Virus record (IMG/VR): IMGVR_UViG_3300009502_001749
Location: 23,837 to 87,836 of that record
From: a virus
Length of the DNA stretch: 64,000 nt
Direction: 5' to 3' (one strand)
The stretch's first letter is position 1; every line of letters starts with the position of its first letter. The notes under the pieces are model-generated. The model did no database searches. It saw only the letters and a program-made list of their open reading frames with translations, and was not told the DNA's origin. A program made the translations under genes and the position numbers. Shown here piece by piece: positions 19,451 to 31,447 of the stretch.

Positions 19451-20575
19451 ATGGAAACATTAATAGAATATATAAACCAAGCTTTCTTTACAGAAGACTC
19501 TGGTGTTATGAATTATTTTTACCAACAACAATATCAAGATTATGCACCAGATATAAATGGATATTTACTTTGTTTTATGGTTCCACCAGATCTTAGCGCA
19601 TATGCACAAAAATACTCAGATGGAATATATGGTCAAAATGATCCCAATTCATATATGGGAGAAGTAGCTAATATGATGTCTTTTTTAGCTGTTGATTTTA
19701 CTTCTCCTCAAAGTCAAGTTAATACTGAACAGATATCTTCTAGAACTGGAGCTATACCTTATGCAACAGAAGTCACAGAATCTGAAAATTGTTCTATCAC
19801 ATATATTGACACAAAAGATTTAGATATATATCATTTTCATCATTTATGGATAGAATATATTCGTGAAGTTTTAGAAGGAGTAATAGAACCAAAACCACAA
19901 TATTTTATGAGAGAACAAGCTAATGATTTTGCTCCATCATCTGGGTTATCATATGGTGGTATTGATTATGCAGCTTCTCTTTATATTGTGAAATATAGAC
20001 CAGATATGAAAACAATAACATATGTTGCAAAATGTATGGGAATTTTTCCACAAGGTTTACCTAATAAAGAATTAATAGGAACTAGAACATCAAATGAATT
20101 AACAACTTTACCATTTACTTATTTTTGCACAGCATTTAGAGAAGCAACAAGTCTTGATTCTGGAAATGCTAAATGGATACTTGGTGAATTAGAAAGTTTT
20201 ATTTTTAAGAAATTTACAGGATCTTCTAGATCTATAATTGGATTATTAAGTGGATTAGGAATGAGATCATTACTTGAAACTAATACAGGTGCAAGATTAC
20301 TTAAATCTGTTGGACAAATAGGTGATGATGTTGTAAAATATGCAGATTCAGCTTCAACAATTTATAAATCTGCTACAAAATTTGGACAAATTTTTGGAGT
20401 GGGTCAATCAGCAGGAAGCTCAAAAGGTGGTATTGCTAGTGTAATAAATAGTTTTCCAAGTCCATTTAGTTCTTCAAAAGATTCAGGTAGTAATTATGAA
20501 GCTCCTCCAGTTAGTGAATATAATGATATAACTCCTGAACAACAATATGAATATGATGTAGAAGAAAATAATTAA
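19451..20575 (+). CDS. Tail tube-like protein (gp19/gp54-like paralog) with a low-complexity C-terminal extension
   Basis: WIEYI...YAASLYIVKY...GIFPQGLP...NELTTLPFTY resembles the gp19-fold signature. Confidence 0.55.
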   Translation: METLIEYINQAFFTEDSGVMNYFYQQQYQDYAPDINGYLLCFMVPPDLSAYAQKYSDGIYGQNDPNSYMGEVANMMSFLAVDFTSPQSQVNTEQISSRTGAIPYATEVTESENCSITYIDTKDLDIYHFHHLWIEYIREVLEGVIEPKPQYFMREQANDFAPSSGLSYGGIDYAASLYIVKYRPDMKTITYVAKCMGIFPQGLPNKELIGTRTSNELTTLPFTYFCTAFREATSLDSGNAKWILGELESFIFKKFTGSSRSIIGLLSGLGMRSLLETNTGARLLKSVGQIGDDVVKYADSASTIYKSATKFGQIFGVGQSAGSSKGGIASVINSFPSPFSSSKDSGSNYEAPPVSEYNDITPEQQYEYDVEENN

Positions 20576-20592
20576 AATAAAAGAGGCATAAT

Positions 20593-23500
20593 ATGGCAGA
20601 TTTACCAACTCTTAGTAATTCGTCACCAGAAGATTTTATTAATTATTATTTTAATAATTTAAAATCAGATTTAGGAGTTTTTAATGTTGAAATAGCAAAA
20701 GTTGGTCTTATTGGTTTTTTAATGAATGTTCTAGGAAATACACATTTTGATCAAAAAATGTACTATGATGGTTTATTTAAGGAAGCATTCATAGCAACAG
20801 CACAAAATGAAGAAACACAAAATCTTCATGCATCAATATATGGATATCTTCCTGGATTTGCAAATCCAGCAACAGCAAATGGAGTTATTGAATTTGATTT
20901 TAATACTTGCATATCAACAAAACAATCAGATGTTGTTAAAAGAGAAGTATTTCTTGGTTATAGAGTAGTTGATGGAGTGGTATCAAAAATAAGTAGTTCA
21001 TTCGATTCAGTAAATTATAAATTTACAATTGATGCTATTTATAAATTTGTTGAAGATAGAGGAAATAATCCATTAAATTCACCTTCATATTTTACAGAGG
21101 TGTTAACAGCAGATGGAACAAAATTAATAATTCCTTCAGCTTCAGCTTCAATATCTGTTCCTCTTTATTCTACAACACAATATAATTTTGTTGAATACTT
21201 TTTTCAAATTCCTAAATATAGTTTAGGATCATATCAAACATATTATTTTACAATCAATAGTGGTTATTATTTATCTGATGTTAAAGTTTATATTACTCCA
21301 CCAGGTGGAACAGAAGAACAATATGATATTCAATATGTTAAATATCTTGCCGGTGGAAATGATAAAGTTGTATTTCTTAAAAAATTATCAGCAACAAATT
21401 ATATGATTGAATTTGGCTCAGGTATTCGTGGAGTTTGGGCTTCTCAATATACTGCACGAATTGTAGTTGAATATTGTGAAGGAACAGCTGGAAATTTAAT
21501 AGATTCAACTTCAACAAAAATACCTGTTATCGGCGAAACAATATTACATGATTATACATATAATTCTATTACTGGAGGTTTAGTTCCAACAGCAACTTCA
21601 CCATCTCTTTTAAATAATATTGTTGTTGATTTTTTAAATTCTAGCGGTGGAACAAATACTTTAACAGGTGAAAATTTAAGAAAAGAAATTGTTAATTTCA
21701 TACAAACAAGAAATAATTTAATTAGTGAAGTTGATTATTATAATCTTGCCGTTCAAAATGGTTTTTCAAGAGATTTTAAATTTCTATTTAAAAAAGTAAA
21801 TGTATTTGATAATATATTTTATCTTTACAGAGCTTTTAGAGATAAAAATCAAGATGTTAGTTACACGACAAATCATTTAATTCCAGTTGTAAATACTAAT
21901 TTAAGTCCAACTAGTTTAGCGGCAGTTTCTGCTGTTGATGCTTCTGGAACATTAATTCCAGGTAATACATATGCATATCGAGTTGATGCATATGATTTAT
22001 GGGGTAGATGTATTCCTTGTACACAAGTCAGTCTTGTTTTAGCTGCTTTTAATAATAGTGTTTATCTTACTTGGGATGCTATGGATAATGCTGTTGGATA
22101 TAGAGTGTATGGAAGAACTTCTGTTTCTCAATCAATGTATTGGAATACAACAGATTTATTTTTTACTGATGTTGGAAGTGCAGGAACTACAGGAACTGTT
22201 CCAGCAACTTCAACTCTTGCCGATACAAACTACAATCCAATATTTTATTTAGATAATGCTATTAGTTGTGTACCAAATGCAACAGATGATCTTTTTGCAT
22301 GTACAAATAATGGTTTATCTGATGATAATGTTGTTACATTTTCTGGTACTGGAGGCGGAGTAACTGTTGGAGTTTATTATTATATTGTTAATTCAACAGA
22401 TGATACATTTCAAATTTCTCTTACTGAAGGTGGATCTATAATAGATCTTGTAAACACAACAACAAATGGATTTTATAGACCATTTATCAGTCCTTTCTTT
22501 TATAAAGGAAATAATAGAATGGGATATTTTGATGGTTATATTTTAGATCAATCTTTATTAGTTCAGTTCAGTGAGTTTATTCCAAGTGCATCTGTAATTG
22601 GTACTGGTTTAGATAATCCAGCGATATATCTTAATTTAAATTATAATATATCAACAAAACAAACAACTATAAAAGTTAAATCATATCAAAATATTTCAAC
22701 ATATTCATTTAAAATTACAATTTTTGGTTACACGTCGATTTCAGATGTTAGTATGGTTTGGACTGTAGGAACAAGTTCATTTGATTATGTTTATATTAAT
22801 TCATCAACATTTGGTATTTTAGAAAATGAAATGCAAATTGAAGTAGTTGCGTATCAAACTATTAGTGGAGTTACCACAGAAAGATTTAGAAGCAGAACTT
22901 CTAAGTTTTATCAATTAACAAATATTAGTGATCAATTAAGATTGTTTAGATATATTAATGGAACTGATATGTATATTATAAACGTTCCAGTAATTTATTA
23001 TGGTACTTATATTGAAGATTCAGATTATTATTTAGATAAATTATATCAGTTTATGATTAGTAATAATTTTCAAAAGACTAGAATGATAACTGATATAGTT
23101 CAAGGTAGATTTTTAAACACATATATATTTGCATCTCCTGCTATTGAAGCTAATTTAGTTCAAAGAGGAGAAGTTTTTACAGACTATAATTGGTTAGATG
23201 ATGTTATGATAACCAGAGATAGACCGTATACAACACTTACAATAGGAGATAGATATAAAGTAAGCGATTCTCCTTATGGAAGTGGAGCTTTTAATGGTCA
23301 TGCTAAAGAAATAGCAGAATACACTTCAACAGGTTGGTCTTTTTATAGTCCAAGTGTTAATGATGGAGTTTATGATTCTGATGCTAAAGTATCTACTATT
23401 TGGGGTGGTTCGAGTTGGGGTAGTATTCCATCAATAAGACTTCCTCTAAAAATGACAGTTGATATTAAATTAAATAAAGATTTTATTGATAGAAATCCTA

Positions 23501-23820
23501 TGAATTTAGGACAAGCGAAAGATCAGTTGAATTTAATGTTAGCACAACATTTACAAAGGTGGAGAACTGGAGTTGATGTTAAATTTTACAACAGTCAAAT
23601 AGTTGATATAATACATGATACAGGTCCTTGGATTAAATCTGTTATAGTTTCTGTTACAGATTCATCTCAAGTTCCGAATAATTTAAATAGTGGAATTGAA
23701 ATGGTTTCAGTTGATACAACAGTTCTTAGTGATTTACCAGATAAATTTGAGATTTTAAAATATGTTCCAGCAATGTTATTTTGGGATATAAATGATATTG
23801 TTATAAATTTAAGTTTGTAA
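20593..23820 (+). CDS. Baseplate wedge protein, gp6/gpJ-like, with inserted domains
   Basis: EAFIATAQ...YGYLP...ATA; IEFGSGIRG; GGTN...LRKEI...TRNNLISEVDY. Confidence 0.75.
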   Translation: MADLPTLSNSSPEDFINYYFNNLKSDLGVFNVEIAKVGLIGFLMNVLGNTHFDQKMYYDGLFKEAFIATAQNEETQNLHASIYGYLPGFANPATANGVIEFDFNTCISTKQSDVVKREVFLGYRVVDGVVSKISSSFDSVNYKFTIDAIYKFVEDRGNNPLNSPSYFTEVLTADGTKLIIPSASASISVPLYSTTQYNFVEYFFQIPKYSLGSYQTYYFTINSGYYLSDVKVYITPPGGTEEQYDIQYVKYLAGGNDKVVFLKKLSATNYMIEFGSGIRGVWASQYTARIVVEYCEGTAGNLIDSTSTKIPVIGETILHDYTYNSITGGLVPTATSPSLLNNIVVDFLNSSGGTNTLTGENLRKEIVNFIQTRNNLISEVDYYNLAVQNGFSRDFKFLFKKVNVFDNIFYLYRAFRDKNQDVSYTTNHLIPVVNTNLSPTSLAAVSAVDASGTLIPGNTYAYRVDAYDLWGRCIPCTQVSLVLAAFNNSVYLTWDAMDNAVGYRVYGRTSVSQSMYWNTTDLFFTDVGSAGTTGTVPATSTLADTNYNPIFYLDNAISCVPNATDDLFACTNNGLSDDNVVTFSGTGGGVTVGVYYYIVNSTDDTFQISLTEGGSIIDLVNTTTNGFYRPFISPFFYKGNNRMGYFDGYILDQSLLVQFSEFIPSASVIGTGLDNPAIYLNLNYNISTKQTTIKVKSYQNISTYSFKITIFGYTSISDVSMVWTVGTSSFDYVYINSSTFGILENEMQIEVVAYQTISGVTTERFRSRTSKFYQLTNISDQLRLFRYINGTDMYIINVPVIYYGTYIEDSDYYLDKLYQFMISNNFQKTRMITDIVQGRFLNTYIFASPAIEANLVQRGEVFTDYNWLDDVMITRDRPYTTLTIGDRYKVSDSPYGSGAFNGHAKEIAEYTSTGWSFYSPSVNDGVYDSDAKVSTIWGGSSWGSIPSIRLPLKMTVDIKLNKDFIDRNPMNLGQAKDQLNLMLAQHLQRWRTGVDVKFYNSQIVDIIHDTGPWIKSVIVSVTDSSQVPNNLNSGIEMVSVDTTVLSDLPDKFEILKYVPAMLFWDINDIVINLSL

Positions 23821-23829
23821 ATTGTTTTA

Positions 23830-23863
23830 TATCGGCAAGATCTGAAATATGATCTTGCCGATA
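23830..23863. repeat. Dispersed palindrome copy 2
   Basis: TATCGGCAAGATC TGAAATAT GATCTTGCCGATA. Confidence 0.9.
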
Positions 23864-23888
23864 AAATTTGGAGGCGAAAAGAAAATTT

Positions 23889-26747
23889 ATGATACGGGCA
23901 CCATTTGTTTTAACTAAATATGATGAAGAGTCACTGAATCTTCTTCAAGAAAGTAATGGGATAAGTATTGATGAAATTAAACAAAACGAATGGTTTAAAT
24001 GTCGAGAAAATCCTTTTTATTTTATTTTGAACTATGTTTATCTACCAGAAGTTGGTGGAAAATTAAAATACACAAAAGAGTACTTACACCCAAAATTTAG
24101 AAGAATAATCAAATCAATATATAAAAATCATATGGCAATGTTGATGGCAAGTCGGCAGCTTGGGAAGAGCTCTATCGCTGCATGTCTTTTAGCATGGGCT
24201 TTAATCTTTTTTCCAAACAACAGAGTTGTCATTTTAAACTATCGAAAAATTGCCGCTCAAGAAAACTTAAAGAAAATAAAGTTTATAATACAAAATTTAC
24301 CAACATGGATGAAAATTCCTTATAGATCGAAAAGTGAAATTAAGGAATATGCTGAACTTCAAAACGGTTCAAGAATAGATACATTTTATCCTTCTTCAAC
24401 AAGTTCACCATCAACATTAGCTAGATCGCTTACAGTTCCGATTAACTTATAAAGTCGCTTTCATCAGTAATGATGATCGAATAATCCGGTGAATTCAGGG
24501 AAACTCCTAGTAATAGGACAATCCTGAGCCAAGCTTTAAATCTTGCCGCTAACAAGATTTACTGAAGGTGCAACGACTATCCCGAAAGGGAGTACATTCA
24601 AGCGAGTGGAAGCGCCGGACAACCTTAAAAATGAAAAATAAAAAAGGAAATAAATATGGAAGAAAATGAATATAATAAAATGAATTATTCTCAAGATATT
24701 TTAAAAAGATTTTGGAGTAAGATAGAAATTCCAGTTGATTGGGAAACAAATGATCAATGTTGGAAATGGAAAGCTAGTACATGGAAAGGATATGGACAAT
24801 TTTTATTATATGAAAATAAAAAAGTAAGAGCTCATAGATTTATATATGAATATTATTATGGTCCAATTTTAGATGATTTAATTATAAGACATAAATGTGA
24901 TAATCCAAGTTGTTGTAATCCTAATCATTTAATAACTGGTACTCAAATAGATAATGTAAATGATATGATTGAAAGAAAAAGACAAAATAATGTTAAAGGT
25001 TCTGAAAATGGTAATTCAGTTTTAACAGAAGAACAAGTTATTGAAATTTTAGAAAATATTAAAAATGGGTTATATTCAACTCAATTACAAATATCTGATG
25101 ATTATTTTATTAGTAAATCTGTTATTAATAAAATTTTAAACGGATATTTGTGGAAATCTATTACAGATAAATATAATCTTGATGAATTAAGAAAGATATT
25201 TACACATCCAAATTCACAATTAACAAAAGAAGAAGTTTTAGAAATTAGAAAATTATTTTTGGATGGAAAAAATAATATTGAAATTGGTAAAGAATTTAAT
25301 GTTTCACCTATCACAATTTCAAGAATAAGAACTGGAAAATTATATAAAAATTTTTAAGGTTGATGAGATAGTCTAATCTACATAGTAATATGTAGCAGTC
25401 TAACAAGACGGGTAGAGAGTAGCGATCTCTATTGAATACAAATGTTTATATGTTGATGAAGTAGCATTTATTAGTCATATGGAAGAAATTTATGGGAGCG
25501 CACAACAAACACTTTCAAGTGCAAGAGACCAAGCTATAAAGAATGATTATCCTTACTTTATTTTAATGACTTCAACTCCAAATGGTGTTGAAGGTGATGG
25601 AAAATTCTTTTATGATTTTTGGACTAATGCAGTTGAATCAGATGATATTTTTGAAGAAGATCCAGAAAATGGAATGGAAGATTGGAAACCAGATATATCA
25701 GGTCTTCTTAATCAAGCAGATAGAAATAGTTTTATAAGAGTTAAATATCATTGGTCTGAAAATCCAGATAAAACTATGGCTTGGTATGAACAACAAAAGA
25801 AAGAACTTAACTTTGATCTTAGAAAAATAAACCAAGAATTAGATATTCTTTTTGTTGGTGGAACAAATTGTATTTTTACTGATGAAGTTTTACAAAAATT
25901 AACTTATATACCCAGAACTAATTATATTGAACTTTCAAATCAAGTTCAATTTGATATGTATGGAGAAATTGATGAACAAGATTATCTTTTAGTTGGAGTT
26001 GATACAGCAAGTTCAATTAAAGGAGCTTTTAATGCTATAGAATTGTTTTCTTATAGAGATTTTATCCAGTTAGGTGAAGCTAATATTCGTTTGGGTTCAT
26101 TAACTAAATATGGTGAAACAGTTGATTCATTATTTAGAAATTTATATAAAACAACTAAGAGAATACTTCTTTGTATAGAAAATAACTCAATTGGTAAAGC
26201 TGTTATTGAACATTTAATTTATCATGTTAAAGATTTTAATTATATGCCTTTTATATATAAAGAAAAGAAATTGGATATGACAGATAAAGATGAATTTGGA
26301 ATATCAACAACAGGTCAATCAAAAGAATTAATGGTTTCACTTTTTTATGATCATATTAATCAAAATCCAGGATGTTTAAAGTCACAGAATTTGATTGCTC
26401 AGTTAGGTACAATACAAAGATCAAATCGTGGTACTGTTAAAGGTTCTGGTTATAGTGATATGTTTATGTCTGGTAGTTTTTGTGCATATGTTAGGAATAA
26501 AACTTATCTAGATATTTTGCCGCTATTAGGACAATCAAATAAACAAGTACAAGATACATTTTTTAACTCAGTAAAAACAGCTGCTGAAATGATGAATGTT
26601 AAATTAATTATTAAAAATTCAATTCAACAAGAAACAGGATATTTATCTATTGAAGAAGATAGATATAGAGATGAAGAAGCAAGACATGAACATGATACAA
26701 TAATGGATGAAGATTGGAGAGTGTTTATACCTATTTTAACACCATAG
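23889..26747 (+). CDS. terL: Terminase large subunit (gp17-like), spliced join(23889..24442,25445..26747), 618 aa
   Basis: KCRENPFYF; Walker A SRQLGKS; splicing restores Walker B VPI-LYVDEVAFI; STPNG; nuclease motifs GVDTA and IENN. Confidence 0.9.
24443..25444 (+). mobile_element. Group I intron with HNH gene, in terL
   Basis: P AATTCAGGGA, Q AATCCTGAGCC, R GTGCAACGACTA, S GAGATAGTCT. P1 CGAT/GTCG; P10 TATAAA/TTTATA; terminal G; in-frame splice. Confidence 0.93.
24656..25357 (+). CDS. Intron-encoded HNH homing endonuclease with C-terminal HTH repeats
   Basis: CWKW...GYG...RAHR...HKCDNPSCCNPNHL...N. ORF sits inside the stem CAACCTTAAAAA/TTTTTAAGGTTG. Confidence 0.9.
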   Translation: MEENEYNKMNYSQDILKRFWSKIEIPVDWETNDQCWKWKASTWKGYGQFLLYENKKVRAHRFIYEYYYGPILDDLIIRHKCDNPSCCNPNHLITGTQIDNVNDMIERKRQNNVKGSENGNSVLTEEQVIEILENIKNGLYSTQLQISDDYFISKSVINKILNGYLWKSITDKYNLDELRKIFTHPNSQLTKEEVLEIRKLFLDGKNNIEIGKEFNVSPITISRIRTGKLYKNF

Positions 26748-26757
26748 GAGAAATAGA

Positions 26758-29700
26758 ATGCCTAATTATGCAAATCCTCATTTAGGATTAAATGATAATT
26801 TATTAAAGATGCAATTAAAGGCACAAGCTGCCGCTAGAGATTCAGAACAACAAAAAGGTGCTTATACGAGACAAGGATATAATGAAGGTGGAATGACTGC
26901 CGCTAATGAAATGATTTATCGGCAGTTTCAGAAAAATATTGGTAAAGTTCAGGGTAATAAAGCTTTTATGGCTGCTTCAATTGCTTTACCAATGGCAGTA
27001 GATTATTCAAAAGATATTAGTAAGTTGATTGGTAAAATAAGCGGAAAAGAATTATCAACAAATATTGCAGAAACGATGGGTAAAATGGGAGCAATGTTTT
27101 ATCTTATGCCATCAGCAATGAGTAAAGTTCTTCAATCTAAAAGGGATTCTTTTGAAAAGAATTTTTCAAGAGAACTTGGTAAAGTTGGAACTGCTTATAA
27201 AGTTCTTAATCTTTTGAATCTTATGAGATATCCAATGAGAACTTTACCAGCAGGTTTAGCAATGTTAGCTGGATTTTCTGGTAAAGGTGTAGGAATAAGA
27301 CCAGAACAGATTATGGCTGGATTAGGTTTAGCAACTGGAGCTTATAAAGGTGCAAAAGCTGCTGCTGGATATGGTATTGGAGCTGCTGGTGGACTAGTTA
27401 ATAAAGTAACTGGTGGAGCAGCTGGAAGAACAGTTGATGCTGTTACTGGAACACAACTTGGTGGAGCTTCTGCTGGATTAATAAAGAAAGTTTTTGGAGG
27501 AGTAGATTCAAAAATTTTATCAATACTTGGTTCACCAATGGGTCTTTCTTTAGCTCTTGCCGGTGCAACAGTAGGATTATCGATATTGAAATCTATTAAA
27601 CTGTCAAGATTATTACCATCTAGAAAATCTCCAATGAATTTAGAAAGACAATATTCTGATAGTTTAGCTTTCGATTCTGTTTTAAATAATTTAACTTCAA
27701 GACTTGCTTCTGGTACAATAAAAACAGATCAAGGTATATTAGAATCTAATTTAATAATTGCTCAAGCATCAATACTTACTGAAAGACATACAAGTCTATT
27801 GAGATTAATGGCAGTTGAAACAGAATATAAGAGTCAAGAACGTGAAAAACAAGGTCGTTCATATAGTATTGATGTACTTGGTCAAGATCCAGCTGGAATG
27901 ATTTCACAAGGATTAAATGCAATAACAGGACGTTTACATCATACGATTGCAAAATATGATCCGATAACACAAATGTTAAACTTCATATTTTCCGGTGGTA
28001 AATTAAGACCAATGGGAGAATTAGGAAGACTCGAAAAAACATATGGTATTGGGATGTATGGAAAAATTGTAAAAGGTCATGCTAGTAATTTTGGTTTAAG
28101 TATGTCAGATGCTAGATTAACAACTATAAATTCAGATGAAGTATTACGTATGGGAATAAGTCATGAAGATAGAATGGAAAAATTAGGTCAATGGCAAGGA
28201 GATCTCTTAAAAGGAATATATACTGAAAATATAACTCTTCGTACTGGTTTTGGTTTTAAGAAAAATGTTTTTACTATACCACATGAAAATTTAATGAAAT
28301 TTCTCAGAGGAATAAATCCTCTTAACTTACCAGGTATTCATGCTATAAGTAGTTTAGTTCAAGCCCCATTTAGAGCTGTTAATGCAGTTAGTAGAGGTAT
28401 TACAAATACAATTGGTTTACATCGTGGACCTGGTGGAATTCTTGGTGCAGTAAAAAATATGTTAAGACCAGGTGGACCAGATCAATTAGCATTAGGCGGT
28501 CCTGGTGGTCCTGCTTTACCAGTTAGAATAATGGGTAAAGGTGGTCCATTTAAGAAATTTTCCCCTTTCATTGCTGGAGATCAAGGTCCAGAATTGATTT
28601 TTCCTAAAAATGATGGAAGAGTTGCTCCACATCGGGAAGTTAGAAATAATCTCGCAAAAGCTTTATTTTTAAGAAACAGAACTCTTTCTCAAGAACTTAA
28701 TGAAGTTTCAGTTGGAAAAGAAAAAGCTGCAACAACTAAACATCAAGGTGATGTTAGTGAATTAGTAAAATACATGAAACAAGAGAGAACTGCAGGAGCT
28801 ATTAAAGGTATTATTGGTGGAGCTGGTGGATTAGTTTATAGAGGTGCTGATAAAGCATTTTCTGCCGGTAAAGGTTTCTTATCATCTGGATTAGGTTTTA
28901 TTGGTGATATTTTTAAAGGTTTATTAAATTTTGTTGTTCACAATCCTTTATTAACAATTGCAGGTGGTTTAATAACTTACATAGTTCCAACTTTAATTAA
29001 AAAATTAACAGATAAATTCAGTATCAATTGGGATGCTATTCAAGGTAAAATTGGCGACATGATGAAAGGAGCATTAGATCTATCAAATACTCCTATCGGC
29101 AAATATGCTTCTATTGGTTTTGCTATGGGTATTCCTTATGGTGTAACTCCAGGTATTATGGGAGCTATGGTTGGTGGTGGTCTTGGTGGATTTATTACAT
29201 TAATGGCAAAAATTAAAGAGAAAGATCCTGATAACATCTGGAAGAAACTACTTGAAGGTGGAATGTTAGAGAAAGTTGAACAAGGTGGTTTTGCTTTAGG
29301 CGGTGCATTATTAGGATTAAAATTAGGTACAATGGTAGGTGGACCAATTGGTGGTATCGCTGGAAGTTTACTTGGTGGTGGATTAGCTTGGTATCTCTCA
29401 CTTTTAAAACAAGATAAAGTAAAACCTGGGTGGGAAGGATTTAAAGAAGTTGCAACTGCTATTTGGGAAACTGCAAAAATTAATCTTGAAGCTAATCCAA
29501 TAATTGGTAGACTTGCTGGAATAGGTTTTCTAGCTGGTGTTCCTTTTGGCTTACCAGGTATGATTGCTGGAAGTTTACTTGGTGGTGGTCTTGGAGTTTA
29601 TTTATCATTTTTTAGAACACCTGAAGAAAAAGAGAAAGATGATATATGGAAAAAATTATCAAATCCAAATTCTGAATTAGTAAAAGAAATTGGTGGTATA

Positions 29701-31443
29701 GCTGGTGGAGTTGCTGGTTTTTCTATTGGAGCTAGTTTTGGTCCAATTGGGGCTATTTTAGGTACAACAATTGGTTATTATATTGGAAGTATGGGTCTTA
29801 TTGGTCAAATGTTTGATAAAGAAAAAGGTGGAGTAAGTGGAGTTTTAGGAAGGGTTATTATACAACTTGGTAAAGATGCGTTTAAATTATCAGGTGAACA
29901 TCCAGTTTATTCTGCTATGGGTGGTGCTTTAGCAGGATTAACTGTAACATTACCATTATTAACAGTTAATCCAATGATACCTATATATGGTGCACTTACA
30001 GGTATGCTTATTGGGGTATTATTCAGTTCAATAAGTGAAATGGTTAGTTTATTTGATAAAGATAAAGATTGGAAAGATGTAATTTGGACAGTTACTAAAT
30101 CTATGGCAAGAGGTGTATTTGGTTTACCTGCAACAATAGCTACAAGTGGTTTAGAACGTTATTTTAAAAATCCACCTAACACTTCTACAACATCAGAAAC
30201 ACCAAAAAGAACTGGTACTTCAGGAGAGTTCAATACTGATCCAATAAAAGAATTATCAGGTAGAACACCTAATATAGTTGGACCAGGATCTGGTGGAAAT
30301 TTAACAAAAGAAGAACAAGATGCAGTAATAAAAGATGCATCTTTAAAAACTGGAGTTCCAATACCAATATTACAAGGATTGATTACAACAGAAAGTGGTG
30401 GATTAAATAAACAAAATATAGCAGGAAGTCGTGCTTATGGTCCTATGCAAATAATGCCAGGAACATTTGCAGCTCTTAGAGGTCCAGCTGCAAGTTATGG
30501 TATTGATCTTACAGCAGATGGTTTAAAAGATCCAGTTCAAAATATATATGCTGGAGCTGTGTTTGCTGCTAGAAATATAGAAAGATTTAAAAAAATGGGT
30601 ATAACAGATCCCACAGCTACTGATATGTATATTTCACATTGGTTAGGTCCAGGAGATACACCAAAATTTTATAACGCATATAAAGAAAATCCAAATCAAT
30701 TAACATCTAAAATATTACCTAATATAATTGATAAAAATGAACCATATTTTTATTTTGATGAAAAAAATAAAACTGGCTCTAAATATGATGATAGAAATAA
30801 AAAATATCCTATGTCATTACAACAAACTATGAATAAAATTTCTAGTTTAAAAGGTATTAAAACTGCAACATTAAATACTAATAGTGGTATAGGAACTTCA
30901 GATGTTACACCTGTCACAGGTGGATCCGTTGGTGGTTCATTGATGAGTCAAAATTCCCCAAATAATTTAGTAGCAAAAGATGATATTGATCTTGAGAGAA
31001 AATTAGCTGTGTTAGGAGCATTATATGAAACTGATTATGCTAAAGCAAAAGATGAAATTGATAAAGTAAAATTAAAAGAAGAATATTTTACAAATGTTCA
31101 AAAATTAGTTAATTCTGTTCCTAAACAAACAACAAAATCTTTACCAGAAAAACTTGGAGGAGCACTTTCAGCTTTTGGAAAACTTTTCTCTGGAGAAATG
31201 TCTCTTGATCAAGTTAAAGAATCATTATCAAAAGCATTTGCTCTTACAGCTGAAGTTGCAAAAGAAACAAAAGAAGCTGTCGCTTCAACTGCAAGTAATG
31301 TAACTAATAATTCTTCAAGTAGTTCTAATGTGTCACCAACAACACAACTTGGTGATACTTCATTTGAGTCAATGTGTAAAGAATTATTCAGCACAGTCAT
31401 AAAAGAATTTAAAAATTCTTCAATACTTTATGCAGGTTTATAA
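26758..31443 (+). CDS. Tape measure-like protein with a lytic transglycosylase (SLT) domain
   Basis: 1561 aa, Gly/Ala-rich repeats; GDQGPELIFP motif; TESGG...GPMQIMPGT...DPVQNIYAG. Confidence 0.8.
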   Translation: MPNYANPHLGLNDNLLKMQLKAQAAARDSEQQKGAYTRQGYNEGGMTAANEMIYRQFQKNIGKVQGNKAFMAASIALPMAVDYSKDISKLIGKISGKELSTNIAETMGKMGAMFYLMPSAMSKVLQSKRDSFEKNFSRELGKVGTAYKVLNLLNLMRYPMRTLPAGLAMLAGFSGKGVGIRPEQIMAGLGLATGAYKGAKAAAGYGIGAAGGLVNKVTGGAAGRTVDAVTGTQLGGASAGLIKKVFGGVDSKILSILGSPMGLSLALAGATVGLSILKSIKLSRLLPSRKSPMNLERQYSDSLAFDSVLNNLTSRLASGTIKTDQGILESNLIIAQASILTERHTSLLRLMAVETEYKSQEREKQGRSYSIDVLGQDPAGMISQGLNAITGRLHHTIAKYDPITQMLNFIFSGGKLRPMGELGRLEKTYGIGMYGKIVKGHASNFGLSMSDARLTTINSDEVLRMGISHEDRMEKLGQWQGDLLKGIYTENITLRTGFGFKKNVFTIPHENLMKFLRGINPLNLPGIHAISSLVQAPFRAVNAVSRGITNTIGLHRGPGGILGAVKNMLRPGGPDQLALGGPGGPALPVRIMGKGGPFKKFSPFIAGDQGPELIFPKNDGRVAPHREVRNNLAKALFLRNRTLSQELNEVSVGKEKAATTKHQGDVSELVKYMKQERTAGAIKGIIGGAGGLVYRGADKAFSAGKGFLSSGLGFIGDIFKGLLNFVVHNPLLTIAGGLITYIVPTLIKKLTDKFSINWDAIQGKIGDMMKGALDLSNTPIGKYASIGFAMGIPYGVTPGIMGAMVGGGLGGFITLMAKIKEKDPDNIWKKLLEGGMLEKVEQGGFALGGALLGLKLGTMVGGPIGGIAGSLLGGGLAWYLSLLKQDKVKPGWEGFKEVATAIWETAKINLEANPIIGRLAGIGFLAGVPFGLPGMIAGSLLGGGLGVYLSFFRTPEEKEKDDIWKKLSNPNSELVKEIGGIAGGVAGFSIGASFGPIGAILGTTIGYYIGSMGLIGQMFDKEKGGVSGVLGRVIIQLGKDAFKLSGEHPVYSAMGGALAGLTVTLPLLTVNPMIPIYGALTGMLIGVLFSSISEMVSLFDKDKDWKDVIWTVTKSMARGVFGLPATIATSGLERYFKNPPNTSTTSETPKRTGTSGEFNTDPIKELSGRTPNIVGPGSGGNLTKEEQDAVIKDASLKTGVPIPILQGLITTESGGLNKQNIAGSRAYGPMQIMPGTFAALRGPAASYGIDLTADGLKDPVQNIYAGAVFAARNIERFKKMGITDPTATDMYISHWLGPGDTPKFYNAYKENPNQLTSKILPNIIDKNEPYFYFDEKNKTGSKYDDRNKKYPMSLQQTMNKISSLKGIKTATLNTNSGIGTSDVTPVTGGSVGGSLMSQNSPNNLVAKDDIDLERKLAVLGALYETDYAKAKDEIDKVKLKEEYFTNVQKLVNSVPKQTTKSLPEKLGGALSAFGKLFSGEMSLDQVKESLSKAFALTAEVAKETKEAVASTASNVTNNSSSSSNVSPTTQLGDTSFESMCKELFSTVIKEFKNSSILYAGL

Positions 31444-31447
31444 AACA

